Source: a virus (taxonomy: Duplodnaviria; Caudoviricetes). From it: a stretch of 64,000 nucleotides of DNA. The stretch lies in IMG/VR virus record IMGVR_UViG_3300024272_002379. One strand, given 5' to 3'. Below, piece by piece: positions 20,253-30,600 of this stretch (positions are counted from its first letter, which is position 1; every line of letters begins with the position of its first letter). Under the pieces are notes generated by a model that did no database searches, was not told the origin of the DNA, and saw only the letters and a list, made by a program, of their open reading frames with translations. The position numbers and the translations under genes were made by a program.

Positions 20253-21056
20253 CTACAGCTTTTGAGTTAATTTATGAGAAAGTATTACGTTTTCCAGTAA
20301 TGTTACTCTTGTGATAAGACCTACACCACCAGGAACTGGCGTAATAAAGGAGCATAAATCTTTTACATTATCGTAATCAACATCTCCGCACATTTTACCG
20401 TCTTCATCTTGATTAATGCCAACGTCTACAATAATAGCCCCTTCTTTAATCATGTCTTTTGTAATGAACTTTGGTTTTCCTACTGCTGATATAATTATAT
20501 CAGCTTTTCTCAAAATATTCTCTAAATTTTGTGTATAACTATTACAACATGTAACTGTTGCGTTTGTTTTCTCTATTATGAGATTAACCATTGGCTGCCC
20601 GACGATTTTACTTCGTCCTAGTACAACAACATTTTTACCAGTCCAATATGTAACTTCACTAAGAAGATTATAAACACCTAATGGAGTACAAGGTGTAAAT
20701 TTAGATGTAACTTTAAAACCGTCTACATCTTTGTCGTCATCAATTGCTGCTTGTACTTTTTCTACAGAAATATGCTTTGGTAATGGAAGTTGTACGATAA
20801 CCCCATCACATTTTTTGTTAGCATTTTCGATAATCTTTATTAATGTATCTTCTTCAATATCTTCTTCTACTTTAAATAAAGTTGGTTTAATTCCTACTTC
20901 TTCACAATCTTTTATTTTACCAGCGACGTATTTATTAGAAGCAAAATTATCACCAACTTGTATAATGCATAAACTAGGATTTAGCTTATGATTCTGTATA
21001 GTTTTCATAATAGCATGTTTTCTTTGTGCTACAAATTCTTTACAATAATTACTCAA
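20253..21056 (-). CDS. folD: bifunctional methylenetetrahydrofolate dehydrogenase/cyclohydrolase
   Basis: YVAGK (YxxxK), IVQLPLP, KDVDGF, PCTPLG, GRSKIVG, DVGIN and ITPVPGGVG motifs; TTG start after GGAGG. Confidence 0.95.
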   Translation of the reverse strand: MSNYCKEFVAQRKHAIMKTIQNHKLNPSLCIIQVGDNFASNKYVAGKIKDCEEVGIKPTLFKVEEDIEEDTLIKIIENANKKCDGVIVQLPLPKHISVEKVQAAIDDDKDVDGFKVTSKFTPCTPLGVYNLLSEVTYWTGKNVVVLGRSKIVGQPMVNLIIEKTNATVTCCNSYTQNLENILRKADIIISAVGKPKFITKDMIKEGAIIVDVGINQDEDGKMCGDVDYDNVKDLCSFITPVPGGVGLITRVTLLENVILSHKLTQKL

Positions 21057-21059
21057 TTT

Positions 21060-21578
21060 CTATTCCTCCGTATGTGGTACTACGTATTTCATTAATTCAT
21101 GATTTAGTATTGCGTCTTTAACTGCATCCTTTAATGAAGTATTTCCATACATTTCTAATTCTACAACTGTCCATGGATAATCACCATTGATTCCACTAAC
21201 ATTTTCTCTTAACTGTAATCCCCAGTATTCATGTGCTCCATTATCTTCCAATTGTATTTCTGTAAAACCACATGGTAAATTAGTTACGTATTTTGCATCA
21301 ATCCAATTTATACCGTCATCTGAATAAATTACATATACATTTGTTCCGTATTCTGCTATTTCGTTACCACTGCCTTGGGTTAAATACATTTTTAAAATTC
21401 TTTCTGGTTTTGAAAAATGATAAGCAATATAAGGTTTGTTGCTACCTGCAAAACTATGAGATGCATAACCTTTTGATGTGGAACCATCAAAAGCATTGTT
21501 TGGTCCAAATTTTTCTATATTGCCAGATTCATGAAAACTGTTTGTAATTGCCTCTCCATTTATACAAAGATTTTTCAT
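21060..21578 (-). CDS. discoidin/F5-8 (CBM32-like) protein with C-terminal AILNHEL tag
   Basis: NAFDG...YIAYHF...YSDDGINW...VVELEMYG. Confidence 0.75.
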   Translation of the reverse strand: MKNLCINGEAITNSFHESGNIEKFGPNNAFDGSTSKGYASHSFAGSNKPYIAYHFSKPERILKMYLTQGSGNEIAEYGTNVYVIYSDDGINWIDAKYVTNLPCGFTEIQLEDNGAHEYWGLQLRENVSGINGDYPWTVVELEMYGNTSLKDAVKDAILNHELMKYVVPHTEE

Positions 21579-21588
21579 ATTATCCCCT

Positions 21589-22161
21589 CTATTCTAATGC
21601 TGCTGTAGCAGCTTCATATACTGTATTATATATTCTTGATTTTGTCGATGTTGATTCTTCTTCTATGGTTTCAAAAGGCATGACATGTTTTTGTATCAAT
21701 TCATGATTAAGAATAGCATCTTTAACGTTTTCCTTTATCATCTTACTTTCTGTTTGTACTTCTTCTAAATACCATTCAATATCTCCTCTGTACTTTCCTG
21801 TATGAGAAAAAGTATAAGTACCAGGTTCTAAACCTTCTAGCCATAATTCATAGTCACCACTATTGTTAGGGTTTTTTAAAGTATGTTGTGTTTTATATGT
21901 ATTTGGCGTTATATTTAACGAATTATTATGCCCGTTATTTGGTAGAGTTTTTCTCCATATATTGCATTTTTTGTTAAATGTAATAGTACAGTAATCACCA
22001 TTATAGTTCCAGTCAAAGCTATGTCTCCAGTTTGAAGGGGCTTCAATACCATCAAATAGATAAATAGGATTACAGCTATTATGACTTCTATATGTTACAA
22101 TCTCATAGTCTGTCATCTCTTTACCAAGTTTTTCTACATTAGGTTTAGATGTTCCTGCCAT
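21589..22161 (-). CDS. putative receptor-binding protein, paralog of 24241..25077
   Basis: MAGTSKPN start, LFDG, EWYLE, AILNHEL tag, YEAATAALE end. Confidence 0.65.
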   Translation of the reverse strand: MAGTSKPNVEKLGKEMTDYEIVTYRSHNSCNPIYLFDGIEAPSNWRHSFDWNYNGDYCTITFNKKCNIWRKTLPNNGHNNSLNITPNTYKTQHTLKNPNNSGDYELWLEGLEPGTYTFSHTGKYRGDIEWYLEEVQTESKMIKENVKDAILNHELIQKHVMPFETIEEESTSTKSRIYNTVYEAATAALE

Positions 22162-22922
22162 ATCTGTTCCTCCTCATATGATACTATATATTTAAACATT
22201 TCATGGTTCTTAATAGCATTTAAAATAGATGCTTTAATTGTTTCAGAAGGACCTGTTATATTTAATAACAACTTATAATAATCAGGATAATCTTTTTTTA
22301 AATTATCATAATATTGATAACCTAATCCTTCGGCATTCATATTCATTGAATTATTAGCACCATCAATAGTAATACTACCAAAATTAACATTATAAGTACA
22401 ATAATTCAAATGTTGAGTACCCAATTCTAAACCTCTTCCATTAAAAGTACAGTTAGTATAATATAATTTAGTATCTGGATAGTGATTATTAGCACCATAA
22501 ACAAAAATACTACCAGGGAAATAACCGTTTGTCTGGAATAAACAATTATAAAATCGTTTATAGTAAATTTGATTATTTGCATCTAAATATAATAATGCTC
22601 TTATGTCTCCATCAAAACTTGTATGAGGTTGTAGTATTAAATTTATAAACATTATATTATTTGTACTTGTTGAACATGCTTCGCATTTTTGAGCACTAAT
22701 AGTAACTAATGTTTGTCCAATAATAGTAACGTCATATCCTATATTCATTGGTTCTGCTAAACTATATAAAAGATATGGAGTTTCACTTTCTTTTAATATA
22801 ATAACACCAGCTTCTTTGCTTGCTTTTAAAAGATTAAGTGCTGTTGCAATATCAGCTACTGGGGTATCTTTTGTCCCAGTGCTTGAATTGTTTCCGTTTA
22901 TATTATCAACATAATAGTTCAT
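22134..22922 (-). CDS. pectin-lyase-like beta-helix protein with AIKNHEM tag
   Basis: YYVDNINGNNSSTGTKDTP (DUF1565-like cap); Asn/Cys ladders (FYNCLF, YTNCTF). Confidence 0.6.
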   Translation of the reverse strand: MNYYVDNINGNNSSTGTKDTPVADIATALNLLKASKEAGVIILKESETPYLLYSLAEPMNIGYDVTIIGQTLVTISAQKCEACSTSTNNIMFINLILQPHTSFDGDIRALLYLDANNQIYYKRFYNCLFQTNGYFPGSIFVYGANNHYPDTKLYYTNCTFNGRGLELGTQHLNYCTYNVNFGSITIDGANNSMNMNAEGLGYQYYDNLKKDYPDYYKLLLNITGPSETIKASILNAIKNHEMFKYIVSYEEEQIWQEHLNLM

Positions 22923-22940
22923 ATTTTGACCCCTCCTTTT

Positions 22941-24227
22941 TTATGGCTCTAAATACAAGTAATACCAGTAAGTTGTATTACCTTCAGGATTAAGTAATAT
23001 ATAATATTTGTCATTGTATTCTGAAACATCTATTTCATCTTCATAGTCGCCAGATGGAGTAAAGGATTCTAATAAAATTTCAGTACCATCTTTATCAACT
23101 AAGAATATTTTACCAGGCCATTTATTCCTTTCCGTTTGAGAAAAATGGAATTTTAAAGTATTATAAAGCGATAAATCTATCATTTCTTTTGTCTGATAAT
23201 AAGCACAACAACGTTCAAGGCTTGTATAGTAATTATAGACATAATCTTTATGAACGGATACACCTGCATTCTCTTGACTGATATCATCCATTGTTGTTTC
23301 AAACACTTTTGTTTTATCGCCTAATGGAATTATATAATATGGTTCGATTCCAAAATCTATTACCGAAACATATTTATTAAATAATTCATTTGTCTGAAAA
23401 ACATTTAGAACTCCTTTTTTAAGTTTTTCTGATGGGTCAATTCCAATAAATTTATTATCTATGTAGACCTTACCTGAAGATATTTTAGAAGTATAAGACA
23501 ATAAATTATTTTTAGAAGTATCCATGGATTCGTCAATAATACAGTCTTGTTCTACTGCATACCCACCACTTGAAAATTCATTATGAACGATTTGTTTATT
23601 ACAAACACAATTGCTTAGTGTTATTCTTCCTGAATAATTAACTCCACGCATTTCGCCATAAACATGGAAAACACAATTTTCAATAGTTGTCTCAACATAA
23701 TTATTATCATATATTAACGCATGTTTAGGTCTTGAGAAAGGATTATAAAATTCAAATATACAGTTTTTGCAAACCCAACCATATCTTGGTTCTACAAAAA
23801 ATATATCACTTAAAGTTCCGCCCCATGAAGTATCAACGACTTCTTTCATGACTATTATTTTAAAATGTACATTAATCAATTTACCATTCATATGGTAGAA
23901 GTCATATCCTCTTCCTCCGTCTCCAGTGTGTGATATGTTAATTTTAGTATTGCGAATATCACTACAAATCAATATATCTTTAGCACATGTAAAAATAGGA
24001 ATTGTATAACTAGCACTTTCTCGGTATACATGTTCATTTGTATAATTGTACTCGCCTTTCAAAAAATAAATAGCATCACCATCAGTAGCCTTATTGTATG
24101 CTGCAAGATAAGAAAAAAATGGGTTATCAATTGAGCCATCGCCAGTTGCGTCGTTTCCATCTGGCGAGCAGTAATATATGTTATTTACTGTGTAATTCGT
24201 ATTGTTGATAGTTATTGTATGTGCCAT
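22941..24227 (-). CDS. beta-helix protein with an internal tag and an extra C-terminal beta domain
   Basis: YYCSPDGNDATGDGSIDNPF...GDAIYFLKGEY; CKNCIF/IENCVF/LSNCV ladders; internal SEKLKKGVLNVFQTNEL. Confidence 0.65.
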   Translation of the reverse strand: MAHTITINNTNYTVNNIYYCSPDGNDATGDGSIDNPFFSYLAAYNKATDGDAIYFLKGEYNYTNEHVYRESASYTIPIFTCAKDILICSDIRNTKINISHTGDGGRGYDFYHMNGKLINVHFKIIVMKEVVDTSWGGTLSDIFFVEPRYGWVCKNCIFEFYNPFSRPKHALIYDNNYVETTIENCVFHVYGEMRGVNYSGRITLSNCVCNKQIVHNEFSSGGYAVEQDCIIDESMDTSKNNLLSYTSKISSGKVYIDNKFIGIDPSEKLKKGVLNVFQTNELFNKYVSVIDFGIEPYYIIPLGDKTKVFETTMDDISQENAGVSVHKDYVYNYYTSLERCCAYYQTKEMIDLSLYNTLKFHFSQTERNKWPGKIFLVDKDGTEILLESFTPSGDYEDEIDVSEYNDKYYILLNPEGNTTYWYYLYLEP

Positions 24228-24240
24228 ATTTTCACTCCTC

Positions 24241-25077
24241 CTATTCTAAAGCTGTTGTAGCAGCTTCGTATATTGATTTATATACCATATTACTTATTGG
24301 AGCAGGAGTATCAGCATTATCCGTTTCTTCATCTCCGCCGATTATATATTTATCTACAACTTCTTTAAGTAAATTGTAGACTTCTTGTTTGATTTTAACT
24401 GCTACAATGTTGCCATCAGTATCTGTAATGGGTTCAAAATCTACAAACATTGGGGTTAGTGTGATATTTTCTGTTACCATATCTCCATTTTTGAACAATG
24501 TTCCATCAGGTTTTTGATACCCAATACAAACTTTATTAACCTGACATGCTGGAAAATCATTAACACTTATTGGAGTATTTTCAGAGTAACCCTTAGTGTA
24601 AATTTCATTATTATTTTGGTCACAACATGTTATTCGATAAGAACCATCTGTTCTTTCTAAAAACCATTCAGTATCCAGTCTAAGAGCACTTGTTGCTTTA
24701 AATTTATATATTCCAGCTTCTTTAATGGTCATACATTTTTGCCATTCATATTTATTTGCCAAATTATATTGCTCAATTTGACTTGTAATGTCTGTTTCTG
24801 TTCCATCATTTTCTATTTTATATATTTGAAATTTACCAGTATAACCACTATAACTTTTAGAACTATGTCTCCATATTATACATGGCGTGTCAAATTTAAT
24901 AGTTACATATTTAGTTGAGTCACCCCAATAACATACATCTGACGTATTCCAGTTACTTGCATGTATAACTCCATCAAATAATCCTTTTGCAGAGCCTGTA
25001 ACAGAACTTGATATTATTTGACAAGTAGTTTCCATTCCCGTTATTAAAGAATCGTTTGGTTTAGCTGTTCCTGCCAT
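24241..25077 (-). CDS. putative receptor-binding protein, paralog of 21589..22161, with an InlB B-repeat-like domain
   Basis: MAGTAKPN, LFDG, EWFLE, then YRITCCD...GYQ...VTENITLTPMF; ends YEAATTALE. Confidence 0.65.
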   Translation of the reverse strand: MAGTAKPNDSLITGMETTCQIISSSVTGSAKGLFDGVIHASNWNTSDVCYWGDSTKYVTIKFDTPCIIWRHSSKSYSGYTGKFQIYKIENDGTETDITSQIEQYNLANKYEWQKCMTIKEAGIYKFKATSALRLDTEWFLERTDGSYRITCCDQNNNEIYTKGYSENTPISVNDFPACQVNKVCIGYQKPDGTLFKNGDMVTENITLTPMFVDFEPITDTDGNIVAVKIKQEVYNLLKEVVDKYIIGGDEETDNADTPAPISNMVYKSIYEAATTALE

Positions 25078-25087
25078 AAAATACCTC

Positions 25088-25906
25088 CTATAAAATTACC
25101 ACATTATCTATGTCTCTTGATACGATAAATCTTTCAAACCATCTGCATGATTGATTTACATACAAAGCTTTTTCTCCGTTAATCTTAAATGAGATATTTG
25201 ATTCTTGTAAGATATTTTCAGATACATTCATGATTACTTGGGTAATTTTATCTATGATAATGTCTTCGCCTATACTTAAGTTAGATAAGTAATCAGTTAG
25301 AGCAAGCTGTACATCATATCTGATTTCTTGCTTTTCGATATCTGATAATGTGTCCTTAAGGAATAATTTCTGCTTAATTGAAACATATGTAAGAGTAGGA
25401 CTAACAACATTGTATCTAATACCATATCCATGTACATTTAAAAGCTTTGCTTTTACGTTTTCCAGAATACCTTCTGAGGTTACATCTTTATCGGATAATA
25501 CGATAACAGTAAAAGAACCAGCTCCCATAGAATAAGGTTTAAGAATAACATCATTAACGCCTTCAACAGTTAACGCTGTTAATCGAATTGCTGTTTCATT
25601 TGATGTAGCAAGAGTAAGGCACTGATTTACAATTCTGTATCTAAAATTATCATCCGTTTCATTTGTTAATCTAAAGCATTGTACCAGTACACCAATAGCA
25701 TCTAATGCTCCGCCATCTGCTGTAGTTACGAATGCCCTAATGTGATTAACAGTTAATGTATTGTACAAATTAGCAATGTTCTTATTTACAATATTCATAA
25801 ACAATTTTGCTATTGCACCTGGAGATGTAGAAAAACCAACGGCTGCTAAGTCGCTGGTAGATTCTACACTTAATTCTTCAAATGTTTTTGTATTTAATAC
25901 TATCAT
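25088..25906 (-). CDS. baseplate J-like (gp47/gp6) protein, compact form
   Basis: TADGGALDAIG...ETDDNFRYRI, VEGVNDV, GAGSFTV, YLSNLSIGEDI motifs. Confidence 0.85.
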   Translation of the reverse strand: MIVLNTKTFEELSVESTSDLAAVGFSTSPGAIAKLFMNIVNKNIANLYNTLTVNHIRAFVTTADGGALDAIGVLVQCFRLTNETDDNFRYRIVNQCLTLATSNETAIRLTALTVEGVNDVILKPYSMGAGSFTVIVLSDKDVTSEGILENVKAKLLNVHGYGIRYNVVSPTLTYVSIKQKLFLKDTLSDIEKQEIRYDVQLALTDYLSNLSIGEDIIIDKITQVIMNVSENILQESNISFKINGEKALYVNQSCRWFERFIVSRDIDNVVIL

Positions 25907-26430
25907 TTTTCCTCACTCCCTGTAATGATATGTTGAACCAATTCATGGTTTAAAATAGCATCTGTAATTAATGTTTGTATGGTTTTCGATATTTGCATTG
26001 TTGATGCATCAGTATTTACGTATACCATTTTATACGTACCCTGTATAGATGCGTCAAGATTTAAAAAAGCAATTTGTTTATATGTGCCATCATATGTATG
26101 TGACATATAAACAGTGACTTGCTCTCTTCCATAAGATGTGTTTTCCCATGTTCTTATACCTATTTTTGTAAGTTTAGTAATGTCTGTAATGTCAAGTTCA
26201 GCTATAAAATAAGTTGTTTCTGGGCAGCCCGTCCACCATCTATTGGTAATGGTATTATTTGTAGAAAATATTTGACTCGTTGTTGGTGTATCTCTTACAA
26301 AACCATCATAAACGATACTAAATTTAGTATAAGGTATAATTGCTCCATCTTGGTCAAATACATTTATTCGACCAGCTCCTAAGCATCCATCTATCCTTTT
26401 GTATAAAAATTTTAAAAATACACTTTTCAT
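25903..26430 (-). CDS. discoidin-like protein with C-terminal AILNHEL tag
   Basis: Start moved to ATG 26430 after GGAGG; WW...FIAELD...VYMSHTYDG; tag DAILNHELVQHII. Confidence 0.6.
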   Translation of the reverse strand: MKSVFLKFLYKRIDGCLGAGRINVFDQDGAIIPYTKFSIVYDGFVRDTPTTSQIFSTNNTITNRWWTGCPETTYFIAELDITDITKLTKIGIRTWENTSYGREQVTVYMSHTYDGTYKQIAFLNLDASIQGTYKMVYVNTDASTMQISKTIQTLITDAILNHELVQHIITGSEEK

Positions 26431-26434
26431 ATTC

Positions 26435-26872
26435 TTACCTCCTTGGCTCCCATCCGAACTTAATAAATACACCTTTTACCAAGTCAAGTTCTGCCGTAAT
26501 TTCGTGAGAATACGTATCTTCTGTTTCGGATTGGTATATCTTTAAAAATATACTGTAGGTAATATTAGTATTGTTTTTGATTTCTGTCTTAATAAATATA
26601 TCGTTATCTGTCCATAAATCATCTACGGTTAGTACATCAATGATTTTCAATTTGCCATATTCAGCTATCTCTTCTGTACATGGTTTGCCAATAATCTCTT
26701 CTAAGTCTGCACCAATTTCATCAACAAACCATGTTTTAGATATAGATTTTATACGGTTATACGCTAATTGAATACGCAAATCATTACCTTTATTAGTCTG
26801 TATGTCATGCGTATTGCTGTCAACTATGATTTCTCCCTCTGGAGTAAATCCAAAATCGAATCCTTCTGCCAT
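26435..26872 (-). CDS. baseplate wedge protein (gp25/W-like)
   Basis: DFGFTPEGEI...WFVDEIGADLEEIIG; lies between spike and J; start moved to ATG 26872 after GGAG. Confidence 0.7.
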   Translation of the reverse strand: MAEGFDFGFTPEGEIIVDSNTHDIQTNKGNDLRIQLAYNRIKSISKTWFVDEIGADLEEIIGKPCTEEIAEYGKLKIIDVLTVDDLWTDNDIFIKTEIKNNTNITYSIFLKIYQSETEDTYSHEITAELDLVKGVFIKFGWEPRR

Positions 26873-26879
26873 AATTATA

Positions 26880-27590
26880 TCACTCCTTATTTGTTGTGTC
26901 ATTGATTATTTTACTTAAGTCAATTGTTTGATTATTAACTTGCAATGTTCCATATAAGCTAACTGTTTTGGTTTCAGGAGATATTCTAATACCTACACTA
27001 TTGGCTACAAAAATATCAATATCTCCATTTTCCTTAAGTTTTATTGTAGACTTAGTACTTAGATTAGTAATTCCCTGTTCTGCTTCTTTATATTTATCAA
27101 GAGTACTTAATACCTCATGTATCACTTCAGAAGAATCTATTTGACTATAGTCACCCAAATCATTGATATATTTCCCATAGTTAACATTTTCTTCTTCAAG
27201 CCAATTGCTTGTCATGGAAGTTATAGACCCTGGCTTTTCAATAGATAAAATACCAGAATCTATGATGTAAGCTCCTTGGTCTGTACATGTTTTTAATGCA
27301 TAGTTGTTTGATGTTAACCCAGTAATTATTGGATTATATATGTTATTCTTGATGAAGGTGATAGCACAGGTCTGGCCTGGATATATGCCAGCCCCTGTTA
27401 ATCCACCCAATGTATTGGCAATACTTACATTATCTCTGTACAAAAACCCTTCGCCATTTGGATTTAGATAACGTATCTTTGCAGTGTTAAGAACCATATT
27501 ATATTCAATGATAGTTGCAGTAGTATCATTGGATTGCTGTCTATTATTTTCTTCTATTTGTTGTTTTAATCTGTCTCTAACGATACCCAT
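26880..27590 (-). CDS. baseplate spike / gpV-like protein
   Basis: OB-fold-like N-terminus (PGQTCAITF...PII), beta-strand C-terminus (STIKLKENGDIDI); canonical position after the hub. Confidence 0.65.
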   Translation of the reverse strand: MGIVRDRLKQQIEENNRQQSNDTTATIIEYNMVLNTAKIRYLNPNGEGFLYRDNVSIANTLGGLTGAGIYPGQTCAITFIKNNIYNPIITGLTSNNYALKTCTDQGAYIIDSGILSIEKPGSITSMTSNWLEEENVNYGKYINDLGDYSQIDSSEVIHEVLSTLDKYKEAEQGITNLSTKSTIKLKENGDIDIFVANSVGIRISPETKTVSLYGTLQVNNQTIDLSKIINDTTNKE

Positions 27591-27607
27591 TTTATTTCTC
27601 CTATCAT

Positions 27608-30600
27608 TTAATCAAAATCTGGATTGTCTGTTGCGTTACCTTTAATGTTTTCTTCTGTGGCTGTTGCATTGTTATTCATGAGTAATATCTTTTCTCCACC
27701 TTTAACTCCAGCAACAAATGGATAGTTTTCCCACCATAACGGAAGTAGCACGCATACATTTTTATTATCTATCCATTCAAGAAAATCGGAAATTAAAATA
27801 TCAACCAAGGTCCATGCAATAAATCCGACAACCGCACCAACTCCGCCAGTTACCGCCCCTGCTATAGTTGTCGTTGCAGCTTTAATACCGTTATAGATTT
27901 GCTTTACACCTTTAGCTCCCTTAAGGGCGTCCTTGAATGTATCTGCAATTTCCCCAGCTTTGGCTAAGTTTTTTAAGTTTTTAGCTACTGTAAATGCCGT
28001 TTTGCGATAGTAAGCTAAAAATACCATATTCTCCAGTGACAACGCCCCATTAATTATTGAATGCTTAAGTACAGTAGAATTCATTTTATTGTTAATTATT
28101 TCAAAGTTACTAAATATAGTTAGATACTGTTCATAGTTGTTTCTTATTTGTCTACGAGTTTCGATATAACTTGAGAAACAATTCAACAGCATTAATAGGT
28201 TTTGACATGTAATTATCATACCAGATGTTTCTTGTGTATCAAATCCTATCATACCTGGAGTGACTGAAGTAGTGAATCCTGTATTAACATTAAAGCTGTG
28301 AACTACTTCTCGAACTAAAGCAACTCCATAAAGCTGAGCAAAGCTATCAGAAATCATAATATAATCATGGGGTTTAATTCCTGGCATACCCATCAAGATT
28401 ATTTGTCCTTGATATTGTTGTTGCCATCCATGTAGTAAGTTACTTATACCAACACGTTTTGCTGCTTCTTCACCAATATTATAACCCAAGAACTCTAATA
28501 TTTTATCAGGACCTAAAGCATCTTGACTAATTGGAGTGTCTAGGATGGTTGTTTTCTGATAAGCAAAATCAATAGTATCGTCACTATGCAATACCTTTGT
28601 TGATACTGGACTATCTCCTAAAGTATACATTACTTTGATATTTGTATTGCTAAACTTTGATGTAACTCTTATTTGATTATCAATAATATTACTCATTGAA
28701 TCTAATATGTGTGCTTGAGTTGATGCTTTACATTCTTCGTATACTTTTTTGTTAAGATAGTCATATCTGTATTTTTCCATCCAGAATGGTAATCCAAAAT
28801 ATATTCTGGAGTCAAATTGATGATATGATGGTTTTACAATATACTCAGGAACTTGCTGTGTACATACTTGGAATACATCCCATGGAGTCATATTGTATTT
28901 ATTAAATACAAAATTCTTTTCCCAATCTGCACCTAAGAAATCAGTATATATATAATGTTCTCTGCTGTAATCAGCTTTGTAAACATTTTTTAAAATATCA
29001 TACTGTTCTTGATAACCGTTCCACAAATCCGCTATTGTTATTGTATTGCCTTCAGATAAGAAATCTGTAAGTGTCAATCCAATTAAGGCACCTACGCCAA
29101 GTCCTATTAGCGTACCAGCTCCAGGAATCATACTACCAATTGCTGCTCCTATTGCTGCATACCCAATGGCACCAGTTGCGGCTCCTACTAAGATACTCAT
29201 TGCATTTTCATTAAAGTATAAACCAAAATGCTCAATACTATATTTAGAGCCTTCAAAGGTGTCTTTGTGAAGATAATTAAACCAAGATTGTCTAGCACAC
29301 ATTATATTTGAAATAATATTACTTGACTCCTGTTCTTCGAATAATCCGAAAAGACCAAGGAATCCATCGTTCGTGTCTTTTTCCGCTGCTGATGTAATAT
29401 GCTGAATTAGCTCATGCCCGTCAGAAGTAACTACGATACTTATTTGGTCGCCTAACGCCACATCACTGATATGACCATTCATTACTGGTGCTAAAGATAA
29501 TGGGTCAGAACCATAGCCCATTCTTAAATGAATTCTTGCTCCTTCTCTTAATTTAGCATGGTCATATATTACTTGATTTAATTTAATAAGTTTATCTGTC
29601 AATTTAGGACCAAAGCCTAACAACATACCAGTATGCTTATAAAATAATCTTGTAAGGTTTCCATATCCTTCATCGTTAGCAATACTGTAATTACTCAATC
29701 CACCCTGAGTTCTATCTAAGTTATGGTAGGAATTTGTAATAACAATAGTTGCAGTTTCAGTAGGCATGTCATTTGTAGCATGTACTGCAATGTCTACAAT
29801 AGAACGATGAATGTAATAATTTGTCCAAAGCTTTCTGCCATCATACCATTGAGCATTGTCATCTAGTATACAGAATAAATACGTAGGAAAAGCTCTTACT
29901 AAACGCCCTCTTCCTGAATACTGATACTCATCACAAAATGACGTATTAAATATATTTAATCCGCTATTTAAATGCTCTTTAGCATTTGTTTTAGCTGTAC
30001 CATTTTTCCAGAAGTTCCATCCTTCATCATAAACGATTGCATCGGTTTCTACTAATACTGGTTCGGCAAATCTTCCAGCGTCTTCTAATGTTACGGTATC
30101 ATAACTAACAGTATTCTCAGTTACGTTAGAGTTGCTAGATGCATCGCCTGTGCTAGATGAATCTACTATGTCATATTTAACGTTAGACCCTTGAGATGCA
30201 CTGCCCCAAAATGTATGACTACCTACTTCTCCTATTCTTGTATAGTTATCACTACGATTTTTATATGTAGCGTTTGTATCACTAGGAGTCAGGAAATACC
30301 ATGCTTGATAATTAGGCCACATCTTATCATTTTCACAAAATACAGCCTTTACATTATCTTCCACAGTAGAATTTAATTCTCCACTATAAGGAGGTTCAAA
30401 TTGACCTGACGCATTTAATATATTTGACAGACCTCCAAATTTTTTATCTTTATGTGTAAGTCTATCATATATTACTTGAGCAACTGCTTTTTCTGTGAAA
30501 GAAGGTTCTCCTTGTGTTTCTGCCATAACTACTCTACAAATTGATTCGAATTCCGCAGTTGTAAGAGTATAAGAATTATTGCTCACTCCAGAAACAAATG

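Noticed and set aside
19646-26430. Shufflon or diversity-generating retroelement behind the repeated gene ends
   Set aside because: All genes are co-oriented, no recombinase or reverse transcriptase is in the window, and differences between copies are synonymous rather than adenine-specific
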